Shown in pieces: positions 60,640 through 64,000 of a stretch of 64,000 nt of DNA. Both the position numbers and the translations under genes were made by a program. Under the pieces are notes generated by a model. That model saw nothing but the letters and a program-made list of their open reading frames with translations. It was not told the DNA's origin and made no database searches. The stretch covers positions 6,238,939 through 6,302,938 of the forward strand of contig MU058423.1 in assembly GCA_013265495.1 (NCBI GenBank). Direction: 5' to 3'. This stretch comes from Vicugna vicugna. Taxonomy: Eukaryota. Positions within the stretch are counted from its first letter, which is position 1; the number at the start of each line of letters is the position of its first letter.

Positions 60640-61526
60640 AAATCCTATTACTTATTAGCTGTGTCTTTGGTTAAGTGCTTAGCTTTAAAAAAGGTGTTTG
60701 GCTGGGTTCTTTTTTTTATTTTGCATTTTTGGTATGTGTTTGTTGATTTGCATGTAACTTAGTGAAAACAACATTATATCCTACTGTTTACTCACTGCAA
60801 CCACTTGGATACTTGAAAAGCGTTATCAAACTTAACATGAACAGAACTAGACTCCCTGGTTTCCCCTCTACCTCAAATCAGTTCCTCTGTACTTTTCTGG
60901 ATCAGAGTAAATAAGAACCCTATTCTTCCAGTTCCTCAGACCACAAGTCCGAGAATTAAACATGATTCATTTTTTACTGTACAACCTATCTATTCTAAGA
61001 GTAAAACCCATCAGCTCTGTAATCAACATATAACCAAACTCCAATCACGTCACACATGCATAGGTTAATGATTACAGTAGAAATCTGTAATTTCATCTTA
61101 AAAACATTCCTTTACCCTTTGTAATTGTGGTATGGGGGTGGCTATGAAGAAAAAGCCGAACTGGCATTCAATCTGACATGGGCCACAGTTAAAGATGGAG
61201 TGACATTTGAACCAGGGCTTACATGAGCCCAAATTCCATGCTCTTTATAACCTTGTGATATTGATCTTAGTCTTGGTATCCTTCAAAAATGTCCAAAACA
61301 CATAGGACAACAGCTGGTCAAAAATTTGCTCATTAATGAAGTTGCATTCTGCCATGTCTGCAATAAGTATAAATACAGGAAAGATTTGGGATGAAAGAAG
61401 AGGGAAGCTGGAGAGCTGACTTTGATGAACATGTGTATGTGGCATCTCCCAGAGGGAGGTAAAGGAAATCTGATCAGGTTTTCTTTGCATGAGAAAATGA
61501 GGTTATTCCCTACAGAAACAGCTATG

Positions 61527-61680
61527 CACAGGGAACTATATTCAATATCTTGTAATAACCTTTAATGAAAAAGAATATGAAAATGAATATATATATGTAT
61601 ATGCATGACTGGGACATTGTGCTGTACACCAGAAATTGACACATTGTAACTCACTGTGCTTCAATGAAAAAATTAAAAAC
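61527..61680 (+). mobile_element. Short L1 3' terminal insertion
   Basis: 'cacagggaactatattcaatatcttgtaataacc...gctgtacaccagaaattgacacattgtaac'. TSD aaacagctatg / aaatagctatg (61516-61526 / 61681-61691). Confidence 0.9.
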
Positions 61681-63149
61681 AAATAGCTATGGTTTTTGCT
61701 TCCTTTCTATGACTTTAGTTACCAAGGAGTTCTGATCAAAAGAAAAATGCTGATGTGTCTCATGTCAGTAAACCACTTTTTTTAAAGTAACATCTTAAAT
61801 TTCAAAAACACTTATTAAAGCATCATTGTGGTAACATTTAAGTGAAATATTTTAATCCCACAATCCTTCCATATTAATTAAACAAATGTTCACACTTCAT
61901 ATATAAAATGGAACTAGTAAATAGTATTGGTATTTATGGTTGTAATCAGAGAGCAGAAAACATTTTGTATGCGGCTTTTATGATTTCATTTTGTGATCAG
62001 TTAACGAGTATATAATAATCCTGTGACTAATTATAGCAGCTGGACTTTTTTCTTTTTGAAGACTTTCAGAGACATACATTAGTCCCACCTTTCTTAGTGA
62101 CAGCTCTCCTATTCCTGTTTCTATGATAATTCTAAGTCTGTGGTGCTCAACACTGGCTACAGGGAGTTTTAAACACAGATAAAACTACACAGAAGCCGCT
62201 ACCGGAGAGTCTGATTAAGTTCATCTGGGTAGGACAGAAAGCATTTTAGTTCTTGAAGTACTTCTGATACAGAGGCAGAATTGAGAATTTGGATTTTAAT
62301 GAGTGAAGAGCCCATTTCATATACTAGCCCAACAGGGCCTTCCTTCTACCCACACCTGGTTATTAACACCTCATGTATCAACTCCACAAACCTGACCACC
62401 ACTTTATAACCTTACAGCACTTAACTCCATATTCCCACTACAGCTTGCTCAGACCATCTCAATAGGAGGTGCTCATTAGGGGAGAAATCTGGAGGCAAAT
62501 CTGCCCCCCCTGAGTATGTACTTCTCCTCCTTTTTGCGTATGGCTTTCTAACAACCTACTTTGCAGTTTCTGTGGGGCCAACTGACGTCCTTCAAAGTCC
62601 AGTGACCCCCATTCCTGAGCTTTTAGGTGTCTGACATTCTTTCCTGGGCTTGTTTCCCTTAGCAAACTAACAGCCCTAGGGAACGCCTAAGCTCACAATA
62701 GCTCAGGCTGGCTTGTTTCCGCCCACCTTATCATCAAAGCATCTCTTACAGCTGTTACTGTAGAGAAATAAGTCAACCAATCAGATCAAAAAGAATTTGA
62801 TTCCTTTTTTTCCTTAATGCTAAATTGTATAATGTCCCTACTCATTCTCTTCTATGAAGTAACCAAGTCCAGCACGTGTACAAGAAAAAGACATAAGTCC
62901 CTCTGGAAAGTATTAGAGTTTTCTCACCAGTTAAATGAATCGTGTGGATTCAATTACTTTACCAGTCACATTTCATGAGTGTCCTATCAATATCCCTCCC
63001 TCAGTGGCATCTTTGCACAAGGAGAATTTCAGGAACTTGGGTAAAGGAAAAAAATAAAAGAGGAACAGTCAAAAGCTACAGAACTGATATCTATCCTACA
63101 CGTTATCTATCTATCCATATATGATAGATAATATGTACGTTTTCTTAAA

Positions 63150-63263
63150 AGTTTTGTGTACAACATGGATTTATACATATGCCCAGACTCAAATTATGTA
63201 CATTAAATAGGTAGGGTTTTTTTTTTTAATGTCAATTATACCTCAATAAAGCTGTAAAAAAAA
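63150..63263 (+). mobile_element. Old L1 3' terminus
   Basis: 'tgtacattaaata...atgtcaattatacctcaataaagctgtaaaaaaa'. Confidence 0.7.
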
Positions 63264-64000
63264 GATAAATATCATGTAAATTTCAGTACTGTCCTGAGTA
63301 GTAATAATATAGTAAGAGTAATAACTAGTACTAGGAGTGTAATTGATAAAAATCTAGAATTCAGTGTTTGTAAATTAATCTCAACCCTTATTTTACTCCT
63401 ACCAGTAAAACTAAGAAATATTTCTTATTTAGAAAGAACCTCCAAATCATAGGCTTAACCAGTAACATTCTTATACCTGAGCAAGGGCCTAAGGAACCCA
63501 CTCTGGCCCTCCTCTGGGATTTTGACTCCCTGTGGAGCAGAGTCTGAGAGCTAAGGGACATTTCCATCTGGATCCTATGACTTCCCAAACTCCTTGTTCA
63601 AATGACTATTCCTACTTCCAGAGCCTACAGACTTCCGATGTTCAAATCACTACGCACGAAGCCAGACTATGTGTTGGTACTTGCATGTGTACAGACAGAG
63701 CTTGGACTGCAGAGACAAGGGAGCTACAGTCACGCACGTGAGTATGGACAAGAACATCATGGTCAAGACAGTGAGGATTTGGGAGACAAGAGCAGCAGAT
63801 TTGGGCCAGGGAACCAGATCCCCCTGTGATATCACATCCTGGTGAAACAAAACTCAGGTGTTTGAAATTCTGAACTTTAATCTGGCCTTCTTCTAGATGT
63901 TATGAAGAGCTAGTTGCTGAGGTCAGAATATTTGAATTTTTTTTCAATATTTGGAAATATAAGATGTGAGCCTTTATGGGCATCCTTGCTCTGGGCTCTG

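Noticed and set aside
1..64000. A novel multi-gene, prokaryotic or viral system
   Set aside because: No operon-like ORF clusters, no long intact ORFs and no compositionally foreign segment were seen. Every recognisable peptide is L1-derived.

Overview
AT-rich mammalian nuclear DNA, most likely from a camelid (alpaca, llama or camel). The species call rests on a Vic-1-type tRNA-derived SINE at ~56.2 kb and the absence of any ruminant Bov-tA/BovB or pig PRE-1 copies that I could recognise. I found no recognisable host protein-coding exon. The ORF track is either decayed LINE-1 ORF1/ORF2 or chance ORFs. The window reads as a large intron or intergenic segment with many transposon fossils: one full-length decayed L1 (~33.3-40.2 kb) with a nested composite insert, a doubly truncated L1 (~4.6-7.5 kb), many L1 3' fragments (several with TSDs), solo LTRs (MLT1, MLT2, MER21-like with a nested ERV1 LTR, an ERVL-like LTR), hAT MITEs (Arthur1, MER58A, MER63, MER20 with nested MER53), L2, MIR and microsatellites. 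I see no convincing novel biological system. The best leads are a possible L1 3' transduction, L1 copies that become A-tailed right after a G-quadruplex motif, minus-strand recursive-splice-like AG|GTAAGT motifs plus an L1 strand bias suggesting a long minus-strand host intron, and a candidate minus-strand exon. Repeat family names come from recalled consensus sequences, and boundaries of old repeats are approximate.
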